Shown here: positions 21,581 to 29,510 of the stretch, one piece after another
Layout: each line of letters begins with the position of its first letter
How positions within the stretch are numbered: the first letter of the stretch is position 1
Origin: an uncultured bacterium
GTDB lineage: Bacteria > Patescibacteriota > Patescibacteriia > Patescibacteriales > UBA12465
Reading direction: 5' to 3'
Assembly (NCBI GenBank): GCA_938003925.1
Contig: CALKWQ010000023.1
Span: 150,554 to 214,553, forward strand
DNA: 64,000 nucleotides
Translations under genes and position numbers: made by a program
Notes under the pieces: model-generated
Seen by the model: the letters and a program-made list of their open reading frames with translations, nothing else
Databases searched by the model: none
What the model was told of the DNA's origin: nothing

Positions 21581-23836
21581 TTAGAAGCGAGGGCGGCGCG
21601 GACCGTTGTCGCGTCGCTGAAAACCACCAGGAGCAGGGCGGCGGAAACCACCGCCAGCACTTTCTCCATTGGATTTGCCCTTTTCTCCCTGCCACAGAGC
21701 TTCATTTTCTGGCAAATTCTTCATAGTCAGGTTAATGCGACCCTGATCATCTATTTCCCGAATTTTGACGGTGACAATGTCGCCGATTTGTAAGAAGTCG
21801 CTAGGTTTTTCAATGCGGTAGGGAGCTAGTTCGCTGACGTGAGCCATGCCGTCTTGACTATTGTTAAGTTGAATAAAAGCACCGAAATCTAGGAGGCGTA
21901 CCACTTTACCCTTAATAATCTCACCAACCGCAAATACATGGACAATTTCTTTGACTTTGTTGACAGCTTCATCAACTTTTTCTTTATCGGTGCCGCAGAC
22001 CATTACTAATCCGTCATCATCGATATCGATGCTGACGCCAGTTTCGTCAATAATCTTATTAATCACCTTGCCGCCCGGTCCAATGATAGCGCCAATCTTC
22101 TCAGGGTCAACGTGAAAACTAATGATTCTGGGAGCATAAGGCGATAGGTCGGCGCGCGGAGCGGGGATGGAAGCAGTAATAACGCCTAATATTTTGTTTA
22201 AAGCTTCTCGACCCTGTTTAAAGGTTCGGCTAATGATTTCTGGGGTTAAGCCTTCGGTCTTGGTATCTAATTGAATGGCAGTTAAGCCATCGGCAGTGCC
22301 AGTGATTTTGAAGTCCATGCCACCGTTACCGTCTTCTAAGTCTTGAATATCAGTTAAGACCTGCCACTTGCTTAGGTTATCATATGAAGCTAAGCCCATA
22401 GCGATGCCTACTACTGGTTTTTTAATTGGTACACCGGCATCCATAAGGGCGAGAGTAGAAGCGCAAGTTGAGGCCATCGAGGAAGAACCGTTAGAACCGA
22501 GAGTTTCGCTAACTACTCTGATAGCATAAGGGAAGTCTTCTTTATTAGGAATCATGGGTAGGAGTGCTTTTTCAGCTAGAGCGCCGTGACCAATTTCGCG
22601 ACGTCCAGTTCCACGCAGAGGCGCAGCCTCACCTACACTGAAAGGTGGAAAATTATAGTGGTGCATGTAGCGTTTCTTGCTTTGTCCCTCCATCCCTTCC
22701 AATGATTGCTCCAAGCCAGGAGCGCCTAAAGTCACAATAGACAAGACTTGTGTTTCGCCGCGAGAGAATAGGGAGGTTCCGTGGTCGCGGGGTAAAAGGG
22801 CTACCTCAGCGTTTAAGGCTCGAATTTCATCAAGGCCACGACCATCAACCCGGCGACCTTCTTCTAAGATGGCTCTAGTAACTTCCTCATCTACGGCCTT
22901 TTCTACCAAAGTCTTGATAGCATAATTACGTTTATCGGCGCTGATATTTTGAGCAAATAGATAAGCGTCAAGTTGTTCCTTGATAGCCGCAATAGCTGCT
23001 TTACGCTCTCCTTTGGTGTAGTACTCTTTATTAAATAAAATACTCTTAACATTATCTTTTAACCAAGTAGATCCCAGAGCCAGTATTTCTTTTTTATCAT
23101 TTTCGCTCTTTAATTCTTCTTCGTTTTTTAGGGCCTTCTTGCTAGAAGCAGTCTTAGGTTCAATTTGTCGTTGTAGTTCTTCGATTAAATCGATAGCCGG
23201 CTGCATTTTTTCTTGTCCGGCTAAGATTGCCTCCAGCATAATCTCTTCCGTCACTTCGTTGGCGCCAGCTTCAATCATGATGGTTTTATTTTTAGTGCCA
23301 GCCACAATCAAATCTAAACTACTAATTGCCTGTTCGGCATAGGTGGGATTAAAGACTAATTTATCTTCTACCCGACCAACGCGGATGCCGCCAATCGGTC
23401 CCCGCCATTCAATGCCGGAAATAGCCAAAGCGGCTGAGGCCGCCACTAAAGAGACTACGTCGTGGTCATTTTCTTGATCAACCGCCAGAACGGTGGTGAT
23501 AACTTGTACATCACGGCGATCATCTTGATTAAATAGGGGGCGAATAGAGCGATCAATCATGCGGCCAGTTAAGACGGAGTCATCAGTCGGACGACCTTCG
23601 CGTTTAATCCAGCGAGAACCTTTGATAATACCAGCGGCGTAAAGCTTTTCCTGAAATTCAACCATTAAAGGAAAGAAATCCGTGCCTTCTCGGGCGGTTT
23701 TATTTTGGACGACCGTAGCCATAACTACAGTTTCTCCATATTGTACCAAAACAGCGGCATCGGCCTGTAGGGCCATTTTGCCGGTTTTAATTTGAAGCTG
23801 ACGACCAAGCCAGTCGGTGCTGACAATCTTTTCCAT
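21581..23836 (-). CDS. pnp: Polynucleotide phosphorylase
   Basis: It has two RNase PH domains, then KH (GPGGKVINKI) and S1 domains. It ends in an RGG-rich tail (GGGFRRPAPGGFQRRDNGPRRPRF). Its 751 aa fit PNPase. Confidence 0.95.
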   Translation of the reverse strand: MEKIVSTDWLGRQLQIKTGKMALQADAAVLVQYGETVVMATVVQNKTAREGTDFFPLMVEFQEKLYAAGIIKGSRWIKREGRPTDDSVLTGRMIDRSIRPLFNQDDRRDVQVITTVLAVDQENDHDVVSLVAASAALAISGIEWRGPIGGIRVGRVEDKLVFNPTYAEQAISSLDLIVAGTKNKTIMIEAGANEVTEEIMLEAILAGQEKMQPAIDLIEELQRQIEPKTASSKKALKNEEELKSENDKKEILALGSTWLKDNVKSILFNKEYYTKGERKAAIAAIKEQLDAYLFAQNISADKRNYAIKTLVEKAVDEEVTRAILEEGRRVDGRGLDEIRALNAEVALLPRDHGTSLFSRGETQVLSIVTLGAPGLEQSLEGMEGQSKKRYMHHYNFPPFSVGEAAPLRGTGRREIGHGALAEKALLPMIPNKEDFPYAIRVVSETLGSNGSSSMASTCASTLALMDAGVPIKKPVVGIAMGLASYDNLSKWQVLTDIQDLEDGNGGMDFKITGTADGLTAIQLDTKTEGLTPEIISRTFKQGREALNKILGVITASIPAPRADLSPYAPRIISFHVDPEKIGAIIGPGGKVINKIIDETGVSIDIDDDGLVMVCGTDKEKVDEAVNKVKEIVHVFAVGEIIKGKVVRLLDFGAFIQLNNSQDGMAHVSELAPYRIEKPSDFLQIGDIVTVKIREIDDQGRINLTMKNLPENEALWQGEKGKSNGESAGGGFRRPAPGGFQRRDNGPRRPRF

Positions 23837-23970
23837 AATTTTTTGTGGTCTTGGCCTTTAAATTACAGGACTGTATCGCTTTCCGTGGCTTAACGGCATA
23901 TCCGTTAAGGGGGAATAACTACAGTACTATCTATTTAAAGGTCAAGATATTATTAATTAGTTATTATATT

Positions 23971-24471
23971 TTAACGTCCGATCAAAAATTTACGATCACC
24001 GCTTAAGTCGGTAAAATCGTCTACTTCTTCAATCAGGCGAGAAGAACAAGTTTTACGAAAGGCCATTACTTCCACCAAACAACCTTTGTTGTTTTGTAGG
24101 TAAGAGACCAGAGGCAGGTAATCACCATCTCCGGAAACCAGCACAATAACATCCAGTTTGTCAGCTAATTTGATGGCATCAATAGCAATACCAACATCCC
24201 AGTCAGCCTTTTTAGCGCCACCTGCAAAAATCTGCAGATCTTTCATGCGCACCTCAAAACCCTGCTGACTGAGCGCTTCAAAAAAGGCTGTTTCCTCGTC
24301 ATTTTCTGCCCGGATAACATAAGCAGTGGCCCGGATTAATTTCCGGTCGGCCACTGCTTTAGTCAATATTTCTTTAAAGTTAACGCGTCTACCGTAAAGG
24401 TTTTTAGCAGAGTGGTACATGTTAGCGACATCTATCAAGACGCCGACGCGCTGTTCTTTGTGTTTAATCAT
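23971..24471 (-). CDS. NYN-domain (LabA/PIN-like) putative ribonuclease
   Basis: It has VGVLIDVANMY…VLVSGDGDYLPLV, with the acidic residues characteristic of NYN/LabA nucleases. The gene lies between rpsO and pnp. Confidence 0.65.
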   Translation of the reverse strand: MIKHKEQRVGVLIDVANMYHSAKNLYGRRVNFKEILTKAVADRKLIRATAYVIRAENDEETAFFEALSQQGFEVRMKDLQIFAGGAKKADWDVGIAIDAIKLADKLDVIVLVSGDGDYLPLVSYLQNNKGCLVEVMAFRKTCSSRLIEEVDDFTDLSGDRKFLIGR

Positions 24472-24477
24472 AGGTAT

Positions 24478-24861
24478 TTATTCGTTGTCTTCAGTTTCTT
24501 CAGGGATAATTTCAGCAACCTCCTCATCCTCACTGGCAACGCTGTATTTCTTCTCCTTTAATTTTTCTTCTTCTTCCTCAGCCTGTAATTTCTGGGCTAT
24601 TTTAAGTTTCAACTTTTCAGCTAGTTCTTTAAATTGTTCGGCGTTCTCTTTCTGTAAATATTTTAACAATTTGCGACGTTCGCCGACTTTCTTTAATAAG
24701 CCTCGGCGAGAAGAGTAGTCATGTTTGTGCTGTTTGAGATGATCGGTTAATTGCTTAATTTCTTCAGTTAAAATAGCAATCTGTACCTGAGGTGAACCGG
24801 TATCAGTGTCGTGGACACGAAACTTTTTGATGATTTTCTCTTTACTTTTTTTGTCTAACAT
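24478..24861 (-). CDS. rpsO: 30S ribosomal protein S15 with an acidic C-terminal extension. The start is taken at MLDKKSKEK.
   Basis: It has [48 protein letters not shown], a clear S15 signature. An additional tail of about 40 aa rich in Glu and Asp follows. Confidence 0.85.
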   Translation of the reverse strand: MLDKKSKEKIIKKFRVHDTDTGSPQVQIAILTEEIKQLTDHLKQHKHDYSSRRGLLKKVGERRKLLKYLQKENAEQFKELAEKLKLKIAQKLQAEEEEEKLKEKKYSVASEDEEVAEIIPEETEDNE

Positions 24862-24932
24862 AGTGATAGCGCTTTTTCCGAGCAAGGGGGTTTGCACCCG
24901 TTGCCCAGAAGAAGTGATTAATTATAAAACGC

Positions 24933-25193
24933 TTATTTCAGCGCATTGATTTTTTTAGCTAAACGTGATTTTTTGCGAGCAGCTGCGCCTTTCTTAATGA
25001 CGCCTTTCTTGGCGGCTTTATCAACCGCCTTCATTACTTGAGACAGGTCTTCTTTTACGCTCTTATCAGCAACTGCTACTTTTTTCAAACTCTTTTTAAC
25101 TGCGGTTTTCATGACGTTTTTTACTTTGAGGTTAGCCACTTCTCTTTTAATGCTTTTGCGCAGTTCTTTTTTGGCCGATTTCTTATTAGGCAT
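24933..25193 (-). CDS. rpsT: 30S ribosomal protein S20
   Basis: The product is an 86-aa basic helical protein starting MPNKKSAKKELRKSIKR, which is the S20 pattern. Confidence 0.8.
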   Translation of the reverse strand: MPNKKSAKKELRKSIKREVANLKVKNVMKTAVKKSLKKVAVADKSVKEDLSQVMKAVDKAAKKGVIKKGAAARKKSRLAKKINALK

Positions 25194-25321
25194 ACTAAAT
25201 TTTGATAAATTAGGTAAATTATTAAAAGTATTCTTATGTTAGCACAAAACTAAACAAAAATCAAGACTTAAATTACACTAGTTTTGAGGTGATATTATTA
25301 TAAAAAATTTGTTTTTAGTCT

Positions 25322-26209
25322 TTACAATTTAATGATTTTTTGGCCAGTGGCAAGTAATCTTTTTGCGTCCACGGTATATAGTACTGGTGCTAAATTTTTT
25401 ACTAATAATTCTTCTTTTTTTACTTCTCCTCTCTCTTTTTCTTGTCGCCAGATTTCATTATAGCGATAAAAAAGATGGTTTTTCTTCAAGAAATAATGAT
25501 TTTTCTCTATCAGTTTAAAGCGTTTTGTGGATTTTTCTTTTGCCAAAACCAGTCCCTTTAGGTGTTTATCGCTCAGCCACAACTTTAGCTGCAGGTCTTG
25601 TTGGCTGATATTTTTAATTTGTAAATCAATAAAATTATAGAGCACGGTAGCACCGCTGCCGAAAGGCAAGCTGCGTCCCGAGTCAGGAAAAACATCTAAG
25701 GAGTGGTGATATCGTTCTTTGATCTCGGTGTCGCAATGCATTAAAATCCAGAACAAGAAATTAGACAGTTGGCATAATCCTCCCCCGATTCCTTCGGTTA
25801 CTCTGCCGTCAGCCAGCAGCATGCCGTTCACGTAGCCTTTGCGCCTGCTCGGTTGACCAATACTGTGCCAGTAGGAAAATGTTTGCCCGGCGGGGATGAT
25901 TAGTTTGTCCAGTTTTTTAATGGCTTGTTGGAGATTTACTGTCTTTGCTTCTTGTAGACGCGGGTCGCTATTGCCTAGTTGACGCCGTAGCACGCTCTGA
26001 TGACGCGCCAAAATATAGGGGTAATAGTCTTTTGCGCGTTTGTTTTTTATCTGTGGAGTGCTGATGTTTTGATAATGCTTGGCAATCCTTCGGATTTTAA
26101 TAATCGGTTCTTTAAAAAAAGGAAAACGCGCCGATAAGGCGCGTCGGCTCGGATGTTCAATTTTTTCAATTTCTATCAGTAGTTGCTGATGCAGAGCGGC
26201 GGGAATCAT
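25322..26209 (-). CDS. VanW-family protein
   Basis: The GGGLCQLSN motif and surrounding region (…TFSYWHSIGQP…) resemble the VanW domain. The gene is 295 aa. Confidence 0.55.
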   Translation of the reverse strand: MIPAALHQQLLIEIEKIEHPSRRALSARFPFFKEPIIKIRRIAKHYQNISTPQIKNKRAKDYYPYILARHQSVLRRQLGNSDPRLQEAKTVNLQQAIKKLDKLIIPAGQTFSYWHSIGQPSRRKGYVNGMLLADGRVTEGIGGGLCQLSNFLFWILMHCDTEIKERYHHSLDVFPDSGRSLPFGSGATVLYNFIDLQIKNISQQDLQLKLWLSDKHLKGLVLAKEKSTKRFKLIEKNHYFLKKNHLFYRYNEIWRQEKERGEVKKEELLVKNLAPVLYTVDAKRLLATGQKIIKL

Positions 26210-26248
26210 TTGGTTGATATAAATATTTTATATCTTCGTTATCACATG

Positions 26249-26323
26249 TCGGGGTACTGGGACTTGAACCCAGAATCTCCTGCTCCCAAAGCAGGCGCCC
26301 TAGCCAATTAGGCCATACCCCGT
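26249..26323 (-). tRNA. tRNA-Pro (anticodon UGG)
   Basis: The reverse complement is CGGGGTATGGCCTAATTGGCTAGGGCGCCTGCTTTGGGAGCAGGAGATTCTGGGTTCAAGTCCCAGTACCCCGA. The anticodon stem is CCTGC/GCAGG and the loop is UUUGGGA. Confidence 0.8.
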
Positions 26324-26331
26324 TATTATAT

Positions 26332-27024
26332 TTAATTTTCGAACTTTTTCTTTAGAAAGTCAATCCAACCTATTAAACGAAAAAAAAGGTTGACGTTATT
26401 AATTCTAATATGAATGGTTCCGTGTGGCAATTTGTTAATAGTTTTTTTCCGGCTAGCTTTGCTTATTACATGGCTAACTTTACAAAAATTATTGCTATCA
26501 AGCTTAGTTATCTTCTTCCAGAAGGCAATACTCTTTTTGTCCTGGCTCTCACTGTTGTTATGTAACATTAGCTGCGCGGTTATGTCTGATTTTGTAATTG
26601 GCAAGAATCGTAAAAAGAATTTCATCATTATTCTAATCATTTCTGGATCGGAATTTGCGAAGTCTATGCTTTTCCACTTACTGCCTTGCGCACCCTTTTT
26701 ATATCCTTCCCCCCAGTATAATGCTAGTCCAGTAATGAATAGCGGATCTGATAAAAATCTAATAGCTTCTTTAGAGGCTTTAGCTCTATTTTTTTCATGT
26801 TTATTCTGTATTAATTTACTTCTATCCTTATTGCGTTTTATTAATTTCTTTATTTTTATCGCCTGAATATGTTGGTGAATCTTCGCGCTTGCTTTTTTAT
26901 CAAGATTTAAGTTTTTTAACCAAGAGCTGAGAGTGCTTTTAGAAACGCCGAGTTTCAAGCCTATCTGGCTGTAGGTTAATCCGTTTCTCCTTAATTTTAT
27001 TGCTAACGCTTTATCGCTTCTCAT
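26332..27024 (-). CDS. Hypothetical HTH-domain protein. It has an N-terminal resolvase/Hin-like HTH and a C-terminal domain of unknown function that may be degenerate endonuclease-like.
   Basis: The N-terminus LTYSQIGLKLGVSKSTLSSWLKN is a classic HTH. The middle segment FITGLALYWGEGYKKG loosely resembles a LAGLIDADG-type motif. The gene is embedded between tRNA genes on the same strand. Confidence 0.4.
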   Translation of the reverse strand: MRSDKALAIKLRRNGLTYSQIGLKLGVSKSTLSSWLKNLNLDKKASAKIHQHIQAIKIKKLIKRNKDRSKLIQNKHEKNRAKASKEAIRFLSDPLFITGLALYWGEGYKKGAQGSKWKSIDFANSDPEMIRIMMKFFLRFLPITKSDITAQLMLHNNSESQDKKSIAFWKKITKLDSNNFCKVSHVISKASRKKTINKLPHGTIHIRINNVNLFFRLIGWIDFLKKKFEN

Positions 27025-27084
27025 AAAAAAATAAACCTAGTATTATCAATGTACCATAGGTTCATTTTTTTGTCTATTTATTTG

Positions 27085-27405
27085 TGCCCCGGGTCAGAAT
27101 CGAACTGACGACACAAGGATTTTCCTTTTTCTGAGCCTAAGTTTCCCTAGGGATTGGACTATATCATCTCCGTTTTATTAAAAATAATAAAGGGCGGAGT
27201 TGGGCGCTCGCGGCGGGGTTATTGTTGGGCTCACCCGCTAGTCTCTACACCTTCTTCAATTTGAAACCCAATTGAAGCTTGGCTCGGAATTACCATTACG
27301 TCTTCACGCTTTAGGCTTCTCCGAATTCACCCAATTTTCATTCCAGCGTTTCCGCTGGACGGACCGAAAATCCAGTCCTTTGCTCTACCACTGAGCTACC
27401 GAGGC
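27085..27405 (-). tRNA. tRNA-Phe (anticodon GAA) interrupted by a 249-nt group I intron. Exon 1 is 27374..27405 and exon 2 is 27085..27124.
   Basis: Exon 1 is GCCTCGGTAGCTCAGTGGTAGAGCAAAGGACT. Exon 2 is GAAAATCCTTGTGTCGTCAGTTCGATTCTGACCCGGGGCA. Joined, they give a canonical class I tRNA with anticodon loop CUGAAAA. Confidence 0.8.
27125..27373 (-). ncRNA. Group I self-splicing intron in the tRNA-Phe anticodon loop with no internal ORF
   Basis: The intron begins GGAUUUUCGGUCC. Its GGUCC pairs with exon GGACU to form P1 with a U•G wobble at the 5' splice site. Its GGAUUUUC is complementary to the first 8 nt of the 3' exon, forming P10. P2 is CCAGCG-GAAA-CGCUGG. An R-like GUAGAGACUA and an S-like GAUAUAGUCC form the P7 GACUA/UAGUC pairing. 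The intron ends in G. Confidence 0.75.
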
Positions 27406-27426
27406 ATAACTGAATATACAGATTAG

Positions 27427-27499
27427 TTGCGGGAGCTGGATTCGAACCAGCGACCTCCAGGTTATGGGCCTGGCGAGCTGCCAACTGCTCTATCCCGCG
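27427..27499 (-). tRNA. Initiator tRNA-fMet (anticodon CAU)
   Basis: The reverse complement is CGCGGGATAGAGCAGTTGGCAGCTCGCCAGGCCCATAACCTGGAGGTCGCTGGTTCGAATCCAGCTCCCGCAA. It shows a C1:A72 mismatch, an A11:U24 pair and G-C pairs at the base of the anticodon stem, which are initiator identity elements. Position 33 is C rather than U. Confidence 0.75.
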
Positions 27500-27526
27500 A
27501 TTTTGGTTAATTTAATAACGGAAGGG

Positions 27527-27600
27527 TGGGCAATGGAGGATTCGAACCTCCGACCTCAACATTATCAGTGTTGCGCTCTAACCAACTGAGCTAATTGCCC
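27527..27600 (-). tRNA. tRNA-Ile (anticodon GAU)
   Basis: The reverse complement is GGGCAATTAGCTCAGTTGGTTAGAGCGCAACACTGATAATGTTGAGGTCGGAGGTTCGAATCCTCCATTGCCCA. The anticodon loop is CUGAUAA. Confidence 0.85.
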
Positions 27601-27702
27601 TTTATTATGGTAAAGTAACAATAAAAAATAAGTTTCTGGCAACTTCTTGATAAAATATAACAGAAGGAGAATAAAAAAGCAAGGGTTTCTAATCTACTTT
27701 TT

Positions 27703-28671
27703 TTAGGCTAAAGAAGCTGTTAAAACGTATAGTTCGCTTTTGAGATCACTTTGCCCTTGTTTATTCTTAAAGTCTAGTCGTAAGAGCTTATCTAGACCGC
27801 CCCGTAATTCATTAATAGAAAATTTAGCGCTTTGACTTAAGCCCTTTTTAATTACAAAGGGATGTAATTTTAAATGGGTGGCTAACTGAGCTTCAGTTAA
27901 TCCCTCTTCTGCCTGCAGGGCTTTTAGAGTAAGCATAATTCTAAATTGGCGCTGGAACATGGCCAATAGATATTCAGCGCTTAGGCCGGCAGCAAATTGT
28001 TCTTCTAGTAGCTGCAGAGCGAGATTACGGTTTTTTGTGCCTAGGGCATCGGTAAGAGCAAAGATATTGTCCTCCACTTCACTATTTACTAAGCTCTGCA
28101 CCAAGTTGTTGTCAATTATTCCTCCTTGGCTAGCGGCCACTAATTTGTTGATTTCATTGTGTAGTCGCCATAAATCGCTGCCAGTGGCGGCGATTAACAG
28201 GGATAGAGCACTAGGTCCAATTTTGCCACCTTTTTGAGTGATTGCTTTTTTGGCAAAATCTAAAGCTTGGGTGTTGTTGAGAGTTTTAAATTCTTGTACG
28301 TATGGCTGTTTTAATAACCAAGCATATAATTTTTTAGCTTCAGCCTTTAACTTACTGGGCACAATCTCACCTTCATTGAAAATAATTGCGTTATCTTCAG
28401 CCCCACTTTGCTTGGTGGCTAGAGTTAACAACAAACTAAAAATTGCTTCACTCTTGTTGAGAAAAATATCTTCAATGATTACCATTCTCTTTTTAGTGAA
28501 GAGGGAACCGCCACTAACCTTTTCCTGCAATTCTCTGGACTCAATTTGGCGACCGTCTAGTGTAGTCAAACTTTGTCCCAGGGTGTCAACCGTGGACATA
28601 AAACGTTCTTTCAGTTCATTCAGTTTTTGGCGGCGGCGGAAAGAGTCAGCGCCGTGTAATAAAAATATCAT
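27703..28671 (-). CDS. holA: DNA polymerase III delta subunit
   Basis: The 322-aa product starts MIFLLHGADSF. It has the delta-subunit helical C-terminal domain. Its context next to mur genes is also consistent. Confidence 0.7.
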   Translation of the reverse strand: MIFLLHGADSFRRRQKLNELKERFMSTVDTLGQSLTTLDGRQIESRELQEKVSGGSLFTKKRMVIIEDIFLNKSEAIFSLLLTLATKQSGAEDNAIIFNEGEIVPSKLKAEAKKLYAWLLKQPYVQEFKTLNNTQALDFAKKAITQKGGKIGPSALSLLIAATGSDLWRLHNEINKLVAASQGGIIDNNLVQSLVNSEVEDNIFALTDALGTKNRNLALQLLEEQFAAGLSAEYLLAMFQRQFRIMLTLKALQAEEGLTEAQLATHLKLHPFVIKKGLSQSAKFSINELRGGLDKLLRLDFKNKQGQSDLKSELYVLTASLA

Positions 28672-29510
28672 AAAGAAACTATTTGCCAGTCAGCTATTTT
28701 TTGTTCTAAGAAATTTTCGCCTAAACGCAAAAAATTTTCTGGCTTATCGGTTAGACAAAAACGTCTTTTGCCAGGCTGTTTATTTTTTGTTTTAAAATCA
28801 GGATGTCTGTCTAAATATTTTTCTAAGCTGGCAGCGATAATTTCTCCCGGGTCAGGCACTAGACAGTTCTTGCCCATTAAGCGACGGGCGTCTGTTAGCA
28901 GAAAAGCATAATGTGTGCAACCCAAAATTAAGGTCTTAATTTTTTTTATTTTTAAAGGGCGCAAGTAGTTTTTGAGAATTTTGTTGGTTACATCCTTGCC
29001 GGCTAATCCCTCTTCAATAAGGGGTACTAGCAGAGGGGCGCTCGCGGTAGTCAGCTTAGCATCAGGGCGCAACTTTCTGATTTCTTGTTCATAGGCCTGA
29101 GAGGCAATGGTTGCACGAGTACCTATAACACCAATCTCATCATACTGAGCAGCATATTCTGCTAGCGGAATAATGACGCCTAAAATACGGCGATCTGGAT
29201 ATTTGAGGGGCAAATATTCTTGTTGTAATCGGCGCAAGGCTTGAGAGGAGGCAGTGTTGCACGCCAAAATTACCAGGCGGCAACCTTGGTTAAATAGGAA
29301 TTCTACAGCTTCGGCGGTGTAGCGATAGATGACTTCTTGCGAGTGACCACCGTAAGGGACTCGGGCGGTATCACCCAGATAAAGATAATCGTATTGAGGT
29401 AAACGCTGTAGAAAATGTTTCAGCACGGTCAGCCCGCCTAAGCCAGAGTCAAACACGCCAATAGTATTAGTTGTTTTATTGTCGGGCATAATATTTAAAT
29501 TGATCACCAC
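28668..29510 (-). CDS. murI: Glutamate racemase
   Basis: It has the motifs GVFDSGLGGLTV and ILACNTAS. Its second catalytic Cys lies in GCTHY. Confidence 0.9.
   Translation of the reverse strand: MVINLNIMPDNKTTNTIGVFDSGLGGLTVLKHFLQRLPQYDYLYLGDTARVPYGGHSQEVIYRYTAEAVEFLFNQGCRLVILACNTASSQALRRLQQEYLPLKYPDRRILGVIIPLAEYAAQYDEIGVIGTRATIASQAYEQEIRKLRPDAKLTTASAPLLVPLIEEGLAGKDVTNKILKNYLRPLKIKKIKTLILGCTHYAFLLTDARRLMGKNCLVPDPGEIIAASLEKYLDRHPDFKTKNKQPGKRRFCLTDKPENFLRLGENFLEQKIADWQIVSL

Noticed and set aside
27959-28795. Plus-strand ORFs of 92 and 185 aa overlapping holA and the murI end
   Set aside because: They are antisense to holA. They have no motifs and are composition-biased.
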